Below the pieces are notes generated by a model. That model ran no database searches and had not been told where the DNA came from. It worked only from the letters and a program-made list of their open reading frames with translations. The position numbers were made by a program, and so were the translations under genes. Positions 15,201-30,290 of a stretch of 64,000 nt of DNA are shown here, one piece after another (positions within the stretch are counted from its first letter, which is position 1; each line of letters begins with the position of its first letter). The DNA lies in NCBI RefSeq assembly GCF_009914755.1, contig NC_060947.1; one strand, written 5' to 3'. This DNA is from the human T2T-CHM13v2.0 reference genome, Homo sapiens.

Positions 15201-17187
15201 TGTAACCCACAACTATCTAGAAAGGCATTGTGAGGCCTTATAACATGGACAATAGGAGAGTAAATAGAAAATATAAACCAAGGAAAAAGGGTAAATGTAT
15301 GCATGCTAATTTTAAAAATAAATAGAATTTTTGTAATTGAGTTGAAATGGTGGCTCTGAGCTTCCTGGAACCCCAAACAAAATAAGTTACTAAGTTATGT
15401 AAAGGGCCCATATCAAACCCATATCAGTTCCTAAGCGGAGGCAAGTTTTTAAATAGCTCAACTCTATCATGTAGTTCATTGCACAGGACAATGAAAAATG
15501 AACACTTTTAAAAGTAAATGCAGAATATTCTGTAAGATTTCTTATAAAAGCAGAGAGGGTAATATACAAAGATAGCGCCGTGAAGGGAATTCTAGGAAAG
15601 ACTAAGTTAAAGTGGTTAAAGCATATACTTTTCTGTGGCCTCAATAATAAAATATAGAACTTATAGCAGTGAATTCAAGATACTGCTCTATAGGTTGGTG
15701 ACTTTCTGTGGTTCGGTTTTTATTGGTACATGGCAAATGGGAAAAATGAGTGTATACTAAGTTTTAACAGAGCTCAATTTGTTTAATTTAATGGTCTCTT
15801 TTATTCTAAGATTATTTCCTCCTATTTTTTGATATAAAGATGTCTTTTGTTCTGAGAAACAATGTTGACAATAGAAGGTTATTTACTAAAATGCAGTAAC
15901 TTGATGAAATACAGAGTTATCAACCAAATGTTGGTCTTCTCACCTTTAGTTTGTTTGTGTTTTGTTTGAATTTGAAGGACTGTTAAACACAAGTGTAGAA
16001 ACCACACCTGAAAGTGTTCAAATAAATGAGGACTACATACTTGTCTGCCCTTGCCAACCTAAGTCATGTCTACTGGCAGAAATAAACTGCTAACAATGGT
16101 CTCAGCCTCATCCAAAGTATGATAAGATTAGACTCAGGCTGAGGGTGTATATTGGAAACACCTCCACTGGTAAGTGGAATTGAAAAAGTCTGTTTACCTT
16201 TCAGCGAGTGATGAGTTTCAGGCTGTAACATTTTTTCCAGTCGTCATCATGTGTTGTCAGTCTATTAACCTGCATATTTTCCTAGCCCTTGATTCACACT
16301 GGGGCTGGAATTGTCCCTGAACATCATCTCAGAGGTCTATTCTCCTTCATGAGAAGCAGATTCATAGTTATCCTCCACAAACCTACATCTACTGCATTCC
16401 AAGTATTGATTCAAAAATGTAACACAAACAATGAAATATAAAAAGATCACCTATTTTTTAAAAAGTAAAGTAGAAGATATAAAATAAATTTAAAATAAAG
16501 GAATTAAAAATAAAAATGAAAAGAAATAATAAAATATGGGAATAAAAATATAAAGATAATAAAACTGGCAACATGCTTGCAATAGAACAATTTTCTAATT
16601 GAGATCATTAAATGAAACAAAAAGGAATTTAACATATAAAGAATAATGTAGTAAAATAGTGAAAACAATAAGAACAAAGGAACAGATAACAAAACAATTA
16701 AAATGTATTAGAATTCATTAATGAAAAGGCACTACATTAATGATAAGAAACTGATAGAAAAGAGAAAAATAACAATTCCAACAAAATAAAAAAGATGACT
16801 TAAAAAATTTACTTAAAAGACAATGACTTGAGGAGAAACTGCATTAAAAAAAAACTAACTCATGTATTCCAGACTTCATTAACTTGTAACTGAAAAACAA
16901 ACAAAAATCCTTTCTCTACTCAAATTATTATGCGAAGAACCTCTCATTCCCCACTTTTCAGCTTCAAAATAACAGGCTCAATATATTGTCTCATGTGTGC
17001 TTATAATGAATACTTCCAGAATTTCTGTTGTGTGCTTCATGTCTTGACACTATAGGGCTTCCTCTTTAGCCAATAACTCTCATAAAATTGCTGTTCTCTT
17101 AAACTGTTGCATTAGGAGTAACTATCACATTTATTCCTCCCCACCAGTCCCCAGGAAGGATACAGCTCTCTCCTTGGATAAGAATTC

Positions 17188-17265
17188 CTTCCTCATAGGG
17201 TTGCTGATGGGAGTCAATGAGAAAAATGCATGTAAAGCACTTAAAAAGGGGTGGGCACATAATAA
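17188..17265 (+). mobile_element. MIR 3' fragment
   Basis: cctcatagggttgctgatggg...aatgcatgtaaagcactta...ggcacataataag. Confidence 0.6.
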
Positions 17266-17324
17266 GGGCTCCATAAATGGTAGTGACAGTTACAGCTGCC
17301 CCTGGTCTTCTAGCATGGCCCTTA

Positions 17325-17712
17325 TGGTAGATGGTATTATTGGTCCCAATCATTCACTCCCTTCATAGGAGGATAATGCATTGCAACTCATGGCCATGGG
17401 ACTTGCAGTATTTCCATGTAGAGGAGTATATTCTCTGCCTCATTTATTATATTTGAAGTTTGGCCATGTGACTTTCTCCAGCCAATGAAATATGAGTGAA
17501 ATGATATGCACTGTATCTGAGTTGAAGCTTTCAGAGAAGAAAATAGGGGCTACTCCTTTAGCTTAGATCTCATAATGAAAAGGCACAGGTTGCGGAACTA
17601 GAGCTGACTCACAGTCACTGATGGGACTATGAGGGAGAAAAAATATTGGTTGTGGTTAAGCCAGTGAGATTATTTTTAACCTTAGTATAACTGCAAACAA
17701 GCTGACTGACAC
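17325..17712 (+). mobile_element. MLT1 (H/I/J-like) solo LTR
   Basis: ttggccatgtgactttctccagccaatgaaat and terminal ttaagccagtgagat...gctgactgacaca. Confidence 0.65.
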
Positions 17713-19549
17713 AGCCTCATATCTTCATTTGCTGTAATATTCCACTCCCTGAATGTTCATCCTACATTTTAATTCTTGTTTTGCTCTTCCTTCTTACATC
17801 TTGTTCCTCTTAGACTATGGCTTTTAAACTGTTACTTGTTTAACTTTACGTTTTCCTAAGTTTGGAATACTTAGTACTGTTGGGACACAGGCACATAATA
17901 GATGATTTATAATGAGAACGTTAATCTCTTTTCAATGCTCATTCAGTTCTTCTGATTACATTAATGAGAAATTCTTGGTTTGGTGCTGGTTTGTCATTAA
18001 TAACTCTATAACAGTTGCCAATACTTCTTTGAAAAAAGACAAAAGTGGTCTTCAAGCTAAGAGAATAGGACTAACAATAGTATCTAGCTGGAACTTAATA
18101 ATATTGTTTAATCCACATTGTATTTATTGTATGGTCACCCTTTGTTAATAACAAGTGTTATCGATCTGCCAGTTACAATATAGCTCCCTTTTAAAATTAG
18201 TACATTTATTTAAGTAATGAAATGAGCTGATTTAGATAAAGTTTCAAGTGATGAAATTTGGAAGACTCTGACCCATCTTAAGGCCTCACCTTCTTTAGCA
18301 ATGGAAATGAACCTGTCTCAATCTGTACGTCTTATAGGGTTTGCTTACTTCCATGTCCACTTCAGGCCCGGCTCTTAGATTTACCCCTTTGACCTCCTGC
18401 CCAGTACAAGTTTCTGGGCCTGAAACCTGAAAATGTAACTTCTCTTTCTAATTTTTAAATTTCACTGAAAAGACAAATTCATTGCATCTTGTATGCATCT
18501 TCCTGTAGACTTAAATAGTTTCAAAGAACATACTGCTCTAATTTTGTTTCTGCTTCTAGTACGTACACAGCAACTAAACACCACCAGGACCGTTTTTACT
18601 GTGACCTCTTCTCAGCTTCAGTAAACAGTCCACTACTCAAAGCTGAGTCTTGATCCCAAGAGTAAAAGGGATCCATTGCTTCTAGTAATAGCATTTCCTT
18701 TCCCCTTATTAATGCCCCCAATAATCTTAAGGCTTTAGGGAATCAACTGCTACACAACAGCTAACTTGATTGAGCTATTTACTATAACTCATGGTTGTTT
18801 TCCTCAGAGACAGCTTCAAATATAGAATCCTATTAATGTTTATCAGAAAGCTGTTTTTCCTATAATATGTTTTTTTCTTATTTAATATAAACATTTTTGT
18901 TGTAGCATGTTGCTCAGTTTCCCAAGACAATTAAGTTTGTTTGAAATGAATCTGTGTTGTGCCCCGCCCCTTACAAAGTAATAAAATAAAGATTCCCTTT
19001 GTGCTAGTTAATGTGCTGAGCCACTGTCAGGGGCTGACACAGCCTCAGGAGTGGGCATTATGAGAAGTGCTTGACCAAAGGCTACTGAAGAGCTTGGAAA
19101 CAGGCAGCAACCAGTTAGATGCAGAAAGCCTGAAAGTGAGGTTGCACTGAAGTCTTGCTCTTTCTATTGCTACTAATAGTATCATCAGAGTTGCCTCCAT
19201 TTGATGAGATTGCTCCACAGACACCATAAGAAAGAGCCAAAGAATAGCTTTTGTATTACTAGCACTCTCCAGCTGCCAGCAGCAACTACAGCTTAACAAC
19301 CCTATTGCCCTATACTTGTGTGACATGGACAGCAAAAGTGTGTACATGACATGCTCTGGAGCTCTGGTGAATACTATTGCTTTTCTCATCCAGATTTGCC
19401 TCTAGTCAATTAATTAAGCACCTTGTGCTTGTGCTTTCCTAGTTTAGCACTTACATGTTTAACTTTTTCAAAATACTTTACTCACAAATAATAATAATAA
19501 TAATGCTACAATTTCTTGAGCACCAACTATGCTCCCAGGCATTTTACAT

Positions 19550-22500
19550 ATTCATTCAGTCAATAATTACTGAGTCATTACCATGCATTATGCATTTTCC
19601 TGATCATTGGAGTGACATTATTAAATGATATAAACAAGATATTTGCTCTTCTGGAAATAAGAACCTACTAGGGGAGATAAAGAGTAAACACACAATAATA
19701 ATCAACAAACTTGATACATTGTATAGATAATATAAAGTTAGTGCATTAGTGTGTTCTCATGCTGCTATAAAGAACTGCCCAAGATGGGGTAATTTATAAA
19801 GGAAAGAGGTTTAATTGACTCACAGTTCCACATGACTGGGGAGACCTCAAGAAACTTACAATCATGGTGGAAGGGGAAGCAAACATGTCCTTCTTCACAT
19901 GGTGGCAGGAAGGAGAAGAATGAGAACTGAGTGAAGGGGAAAACCTCTTATAAAACCACCACTCCCATGATTCAATTACCTCCCACTGGGTCCCTCTCAT
20001 GACATGTGGGATTATGGGAACTACAATTCAAGATGAGATTTGGGTGGAGACACAGACAAACCATATCATTCAGTCCCTGGCCCCTCCCAAATCTCATATC
20101 CTCACATTTCAAAACACAGTCATGCCTTTCCAACAGTCCCTCAAAATCTTAGCTAATTCCAGCATCAACCCAAAAGTTCAAGTCCAAAGTCTTATCTAAG
20201 ACAAGGCAAGTCCCTTCCACCTATAAGCATTTAAAATCAAAAGCAAATAACTTACTTCCTAGATACAATGGGGGTACAGGTATTGGGTAAATACACCCAT
20301 TCCAAGTGGAAGGAATTGGCCAAAACGAAGGGGCTACAGACCCCATGCGAGTCCAAAATCCAGCAGGGCAGTCAAATCTTAAAGCTCCAAAATGATCTCC
20401 TTTGACTCCGTGTCTCACATCCAGGTCATGCTGATGTAAGAGGTGGATTTCCATAGCCTTGGGCAACTCTGCCCCTGTGGCTTTGCAGGGTACAGCCTCC
20501 CTCCCAGCTGCTTTCATGGACTGGTATTGAGTGTCTGTGGCTTTTCCAGGTGTATGGTGTAAGCTGTTGGTAGATCCAGCATTCTGGGGTCTGGAGGACT
20601 GTGGCCCTCTTCTCACAGCTTCACTAGGCAATACCCCAGTGGGGATTCTGTGTGGGGGCTCTGACCCCACATTTTCTTTCCGCACTGCCCTAGCAGAGGT
20701 TCTCCATGAGTGTTCCACCACTGCAGCAAACTTCTGCCTGGACATATGGGTGTTTCCATATATCCACTGAAATCTAGGTGGCGGCTCCCAAACCTAAATT
20801 CTTGACTTCTATGCACCCGCAGGCCCAACACCATGTGGAAGCTGCCAACTCTTGGGGCTTGCACCCTCTGAAGCAATGGTCTGAGCTGTATGTTTGCCCC
20901 TTTTAGCCACAACTGGGATGGAGTGCACCAAGTCTTGAGACTGCACAATGCAGCAAGGTGCTGGTCCTGGCCCAGGAAACCATTTTCTCCTCTTAGGTCT
21001 CCTGGCTTGTAATGGGAGGGGCTGCTGTGAAGACCTCTGACATGCCCTGGATACATTTTCCCCATTTTCTTGGTGATTAACATTTGGCTCCTCACTACTT
21101 AGGCAAATTTCCGCAGCAGGCTTGAATTTCTCCTCAGAAAATGGGTTTTTCTTTTCTTTTGCATCATTGGGCTGCAAATTTTCCAAACTTTTGTGCTCTG
21201 CTTCCCTTTTAAACATAAGTTCCCATTCCAAACCATATCTTTGTGTATACATAAAACTGAATGCTTTTAACAGCACCTAAGTTACATCTTGAATACTTTG
21301 CTACTTGGAAATTTCTTCTGCCAGATACCCTAAGTCATCTCTCTCAAGTTCAAAGTTCCACAGATCTCTAGGGCAGAAGCAAAATGCCTCCAGTCGCTTT
21401 GCTAAAATATAGCAAGAGTCACCTTTATTCCACTTCCCAACAAGTTCCCCATCTCCATCTGAGACCACCTCAGCTTGGACTTCATTGTCCGTATCACTAT
21501 CAGCATTTTGGTCAAAACCATTTAACAAGTCTCTAGGAAATTCCAAACTTTCCCACATGTTCCTGTCTTCCAAGCCCTCCAACTCTCTAGGAAGTTCCAA
21601 ACTTTTCCGACATTTTCCAGTCTTCTTCTGAGGCCTCCAAACTGTCCCAACCTCTGCCTTTTACCCTGTTCCAGTCTCTTCAATATTTTTGGGTATCCCG
21701 ACAGCAGTGCCCTGCTCTCTGTGGTAGCAATTTACTGTATTGGTCTGTTCTCACACTGCTATAAAGAATTGCCTGAGACTGGGTAATTTATAAAGGAAAG
21801 AGATTTAATTAACCAACAGTTCTGCATAACTGGGGAGGCCTCAGGAAACTTACAATCATGGCAGGAGGGGAAGCAAACATGCCCTTCTTCACATGATGGC
21901 AGGAGGGAGAAGAATGAGAACTGAGTGTAGGGGGAAGCCCCTTACAAAACCGTCACCCCCAGGATTCAGTTACCTCCCACTGGGTCCTTCCCACAGCTTG
22001 TAGGGATTATGGCAACTACAATTCAAGATGAGATTTGGGTGGGGACACAGCCAAACCATATCAGTAAGAAATAGGAAAATGCAAAATGTGATTGTAGACA
22101 ATGTTAATTTATAGAGGGTAGTCAGGGAAGGCCTCTCTGATAAGGTGACATTTGAGCAAAGACCTTAAGTGAGAGTTCTCCCTCTAACTTTCAAACTTCA
22201 TTCCCTATCACTTTTCTCTCACCATATCCCAGAACAATGTGTTTTAGAAATACTGACCTCCTTGCTGTTCCTTGAGTACAACCTTGCTGTCTCCTCTGCC
22301 TAGAATGTTCTCCCCTATTTATTTACATAGTTCCTTCACTCACCCCGTTCAGAAACGTGAAATCAATCAAAATAGGTTGCTGGTTTATTGTGGAAATTGA
22401 GGAAGTGGGAACAATAAAGGACAACACCCACATTTTGGGCTGGAGCAACTGGGTATAAATGTAAAGAACACAGAATGGGAAGGATCTGGTTTTATTAGAA

Positions 22501-23090
22501 AAATAATAAACTCATCATGAACAGTCAAATACACATGTCTGACAGGAAAGAGATCTGGGTTGATAATATATACTATTTGGTTTTTGAATAAATAAACAAG
22601 TTATAAATTTTGGAGTCAACAGCTCACAGGTGGTAATGGTCAACTATAAGAGTGAGTGAGATCACACAGGGAGAGTATGCATAATGACAAGAGAAGAGGG
22701 CTTAGTCCAGAGTAATGAAAAACAGCAACCTTTAATGCCTGGATAGGGGAGGATCAGCTCTTGAAGAATACTGGGAAAGAATAACCTTAGGGAGGTAAAT
22801 AGAAATTAAGGATAACACAGAGACTTAGAAGCCAGGGGATAGCGATCTTTCAATTAGGGGATGGAGAAGAGTGAGAAATGCTACCAAGAAGTCAAACAAG
22901 GTGAGTACTGGGAATCCACTGGACTTATCAATGAAGAAATAGATGATAAATGAAGAGCAGTTTTAATTTGGCGATAGCTATGGAAGACAGATTGCTGTGG
23001 GATGAAAGGTGAGTGAGAGCACAGGGATTAGAAAAATGTGAATTTAGGCAACTCCTTAAAGATATTTGGATATAAAGTGGTAGTGAGAGA
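19550..23090 (-). mobile_element. L2 fragments (19550-19740, ~22070-22170, ~22350-23090) split by the THE1C insertion
   Basis: ttcattcagtcaataattactgag; gtcagggaaggcctctctgataaggtgacatttgagcaaagacct; aattttggagtcaacagc. Confidence 0.65.
19742..22063 (-). mobile_element. Complete THE1C-like MaLR element (LTR 19742-20068, internal 20069-21735, LTR 21736-22063)
   Basis: Two LTRs ending ...acacagccaaaccatatca flank ~1.67 kb of THE1-int (ORF-track peptides such as AEHKSLENLQP are THE1-int remnants); 5-bp TSD gttag/gtaag. Confidence 0.93.
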
Positions 23091-23097
23091 TAAAACT

Positions 23098-23250
23098 TTA
23101 TCTCATTTGATTCTCATAACCTGGTAATTCAGACATTTATATTTTTCTCCACTGTATAGTTGAGTCTCAGAGTGGTTAAAAACTTTTCCAAGATCAAATA
23201 TTTAGTAAACGTTAGGAGCAAAATGTTAAGCTGAGTCTTCTCTCTCCAAA
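23098..23250 (-). mobile_element. MIR fragment
   Basis: ttatctcatttgattctcataacc...tgagtctcagagtggttaaaaacttttccaagatca. Confidence 0.6.
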
Positions 23251-23285
23251 GTTTCTTCTTCTCTAGTCCCTATCCTCAGTTACTT

Positions 23286-24216
23286 GACCTGCTAGAATCA
23301 AGCAGAGCAGGAAAGTTCCATTCTTACCCACAAACTGAATAAAGGAGCCCAGTAGGGGATTAACACCCAAGTTAATAAGTTGCAAACTTTTTCAGGAAGA
23401 AAGCACAAAAGTGATTATAACAAAGCTAACAACTTATATTCTTTGGTTCTTCCATTTGATTAATAGATATGTAGTAAATGGACCGCAGCAATAAAACAGA
23501 AAGTGCTACCTCCTTTCTGGAGTTGCTGTAAATATTCCTCAGATGTCAAAAAAAGTAGAAAAATTCTTGTTACAATTAATTTTGGTAATGGAATGTATAT
23601 AAAGATACATACCTCAACTTGGCTTTTTGGTCAGCACCAAGATGCACTATTTCTTGCGGTAAATATCGATCTAAGATAAGATCAATATTTACCTCACAGT
23701 TCAATATGTTGTGTGACTGTCTTCAACACAAGTCAATATCTGCGTAATGTCTGCAACCTGCTTCTTATCAGTGCTTTTGAAACTTCCCTATAGCCCTCAG
23801 GATGTTTGGAAATTTGAAGTGTTCTGGATTCTTGTCGGCTCTTTACAGTCAATCTATACACAGTAGAGCTATATAATATGACTCTTTCTAGCATAGTTGT
23901 GATTGCTAGACAAACAGTTCCTGAAACTCCTAGAAGCCAGACCTTCTAGGATGTAGAATAAGCCTAGATGTGCCCAATCCTGGACTCTATTCTATTGAGA
24001 TCCCTTCATATAGTACACAATATGAATTACTAAATGGCAAATTGCCATGCGTAAAACCCACAACTTTGACTGAGGTCATGATTATGTCATTCAAATTACA
24101 TTAATCTTACCTTTTTATCCTTTGGAACAGACCTGCTAGAATCAAGCAGATCAGGAAAGTTCTATTCTTACCCACAAAATGGAATAGGGGAGCCCAGTAG
24201 GGGATTAACACCCAAG
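23286..24216 (+). repeat. Local direct repeat, 86/87 bp (23286-23371 and 24130-24216)
   Basis: Both copies read gacctgctagaatcaagcaga(g/t)caggaaagtt...gagcccagtaggggattaacacccaag, with about 6 differences by eye. Confidence 0.92.
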
Positions 24217-24729
24217 GTTAGAATTCACTTCCATTGTATCCAACATTAGTCAAAACATTTTTAAAGTATTATGAAGAGTGAATTTTTAGACTGTGAAAAG
24301 AATAGAAAGATACAGGAGAGTACAAAAAAGTATAATAAAGAATTTCAAAGGAGTGGAAAATAAGCTCTGCAAGAAAAGGTTCAAGGCATGAAAAGTGTGA
24401 TCTTAAAATATCTAAGGGGATTATATGTTGAGACCACTGAGTTTTTCTGTTTGTTAGTAGAAAACTGAGTAGGAGAAAATTGTATTAAATTGAAATAAGG
24501 AGTAGTGTTTAGAGAGTGCTTAGACCAGAAATAGATTTGAGAGTTTTGGGGCATCAGTATAATAGTTATAATCATGATTTTGGGTAAGATTTAAAAAGTA
24601 GTATGAGAGAAGTACAAGAATTAACTGGAGAAACACAAAAAAAATAGGAATTGAGAGGAGGAATTAAAGTCAGTAGGTTCAAAAATGGAGGAAGGAAACA
24701 GGACAATGGAATATCATCAAAGGAGGAAG

Positions 24730-24980
24730 TTTTTATTGAGCACTTAGTGTGTGCCAGGCACTTTTCAAAGTACTTACCATATATTATCTCATTTAATCCT
24801 AACAACCGTATGATTTTGGTTCTGTGGTAATAGAATCCCCTCTGTTTTACAGACAATCAAGCTGAGGCTTGGAGAAGTTCACTGACTTTCTCCTGTCACA
24901 GCCCTCTGAAATGGAAGTCAGGATTTGATCCAGGCAGACCGGGTCCAGTGCCTACATTTTAGCATCTTTGCACTGCCTCT
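24730..24980 (-). mobile_element. MIR, near full length
   Basis: tttattgagcacttagtgtgtgccaggcac...tatctcatttaatcctaacaac...ctgaggcttggagaagtt...caggatttgatccaggcag. Confidence 0.8.
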
Positions 24981-25601
24981 AAATATAAAGTTTCCAGTGG
25001 TAGAAGAGTAGGCAAATGTCACATACTGGAAAGAGGGCCAAGAGGATGAGGACTGATAAAAATATTTGGTGATTGAGAGATGAAAGATAACATTAGAAAG
25101 AGCAAGTCTCAGTAGAACAGAAAAGAAAGAAGCTAAGCATTCAGGGAATGTGTTATCAGGGAGTGGAGCAACAAACACAGATTGCCATTGAATGGAAAAG
25201 GGAAGATACAATAGTAACGTGAGAAAGTGGCAGGAAAAAGTATACTACTACTTATTTTAAAGACAGAGGAGACTTGAATATGTTTTTGTTTATCTTTGAG
25301 TAAATGATAGTATTACCATTAATATACTTTACTTAGAAAACCAAGGTCACATGACATGTGTTCCTTCAACTTGTTTCTCTTCTAAAAATATGTTTGTACC
25401 TGTGTGCAATTATGATGAGTCTGCTTTCACAACTCACTTCCTCACTATCCACCAGCCTAGAATCAGAAAGAGAGAAAAAAAGATTATGTGGTTTCTTCAC
25501 AACTGGGGATAATAAGAGAAGTTTACAAGGACAAAGTCACATTGTCACCGACTTCTGTGACAGAGTTATTGTATTTATGAGCAATTTAAAACTGACACAA
25601 G

Positions 25602-25956
<355 letters not shown>

Positions 25957-26129
25957 TCAATCAAGTGGCTATTTTTTTTTTTTTTATTATTTGATGACTC
26001 TATATGCTTACAATTTTATGTATGGGTTTACTGTGGATCTGCCATTATCATCTCTGTATCCGTTGGCAGACCTCATTTCAATTGTAAACTTCCAAACAAT
26101 ATGCATAAGAAATGATGTATTGGAACAAC

Positions 26130-26285
26130 CACATGAACTTTGGCATTAACTCTGCAACCTATTCCCTCTATGACTTGGAAAAGTCACTTAACCTCTTTTT
26201 GATCCCATTTCATACTTGTAATATGAGGAAAATAATGCTAACTATTTTGTGGAGATGTGTTGAGGATTAAGTCAGATAGTGTACA
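26130..26285 (+). mobile_element. MIR fragment
   Basis: tatgacttggaaaagtcacttaacctct...tgttgaggattaagtcagatagtgta. Confidence 0.6.
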
Positions 26286-26294
26286 GTTCAGATT

Positions 26295-27085
<791 letters not shown>

Positions 27086-27886
27086 TGTCAGGGACTTAGC
27101 GCAGTGCTTGGCACATGATTGTTTTTAACAAATTGTCTTTAACAAATCTTAATTGCTTTTTTTTTGGTATGGATAAAATGCAATACATATTTTATACAGT
27201 TTACCTATAGTATAAAACATGCAGCTATTAAGAAATATTTGGATGAATGAATGTTTCCATTTGGTGTCATGCAGACATCACTTTTGCAATATGCAGTGAA
27301 ATAGCAAATCTTTCACAAAGAATTCTCTTAGAGTTTTGCATGTTGATTGCTGTATTCTTCTCATGCAAGTGTAACTTCCTCCCACTAATGCTAATATGAA
27401 TTATGTGTGTGCACTGAAAGGAAAATATATTCCATGAATATTACACTAATGAATTAATTTAGAAACTCAGACTCATCTATTTATTAACTCCCGACTCATC
27501 ACCTTATGTATTTTGCATGTTGTAGTAAATGCAGAAAGAAACATTTAGAAATATTCACTTGCTTTTCCATAGGGATCAGCTCAGGGAATAAATCTGAGTT
27601 TTATAATGCTGTCTTAATATTACATGCATACTGAGGAAGATTCTTAAAGATTATCTTGACTGCTCATTTTCTGTTATAATTATCTAAACCTGTAAATTTC
27701 AATTTATTGTCTTCAAAGTTTCTTTGATTAATGTAATCATATACCTCCACTTCTCAGATGTTTCTTAACATCTTCATTGATATTGTTAACTACTTGTCAT
27801 ATTCTACTAAAATTTATTATTTCTTTGTTGATGTTTAGTGTATTAAATACAAGTAATTGACACCCTTCCTAAAAAGTCTGCATACC

Positions 27887-28590
<704 letters not shown>

Positions 28591-29049
28591 TCTATTTGGA
28601 ATTTTGTATTTAGAGGAGATGGAGAGGTAGAGGTTGATGGTAGGTTATGTAGCAAGGGACAGGATAATTGCCTGGTCTTTATAAATTGTTATCTGCACAA
28701 AACCATCACATACTACTTAAATCTGTAACTTGATTTTTGCACCCATAATTAAAGGCGTGTTACCATGGAATAAATCCTTTCTAAAGGCTTTTAACGCATA
28801 TATGGTACTATATGTAATATGTGAAAGGAGGTAAAGTTTGAGCAAACTAGGGAAAATTTTTCACCTGTTTGAGGACAATTTAGAAATAATTCAAAGATGT
28901 TAAATAGACATTAGATGTGGGAGACTAGATGTTGGAGAAAAAAAAAATTAGAAGCTACAAACTTATATCCACCTGCTGTATGCTAACACTCAAGCATTTA
29001 TATTTCTATTTATTCAAATTACATGTAAGTTTAGTTTAATTCAGATGGT

Positions 29050-30290
<1,241 letters not shown>

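Noticed and set aside
16430-16860. Strongly A-rich stretch
   Set aside because: Low complexity or decayed L1-like sequence with no periodicity or assignable structure.
19045-19389. 114-aa minus-strand ORF in unique DNA
   Set aside because: No recognisable domain or codon signal; the length is compatible with chance in 64 kb.
20221-21600. Long overlapping ORFs (99-174 aa) with paralogous ORFs at 39636-40819
   Set aside because: These are THE1-int remnants. The similarity reflects two related MaLR proviruses, not a gene pair, and the frames are broken.
21530-21640. ~55-bp tandem duplication in the THE1C internal region
   Set aside because: As I recall, this is part of the THE1C-int consensus rather than locus-specific; not verified.
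23087-23105. Inverted repeat gagataaa-ac-tttatctc
   Set aside because: Arises at an L2/MIR junction; 8-bp arms are expected by chance in AT-rich DNA.
23286-24216. Direct repeats considered as a CRISPR-like array or a mini LTR element
   Set aside because: Only two copies, eukaryotic context, no cas genes, no TG..CA ends and no PBS/PPT or outer TSD seen; kept only as a duplication finding.
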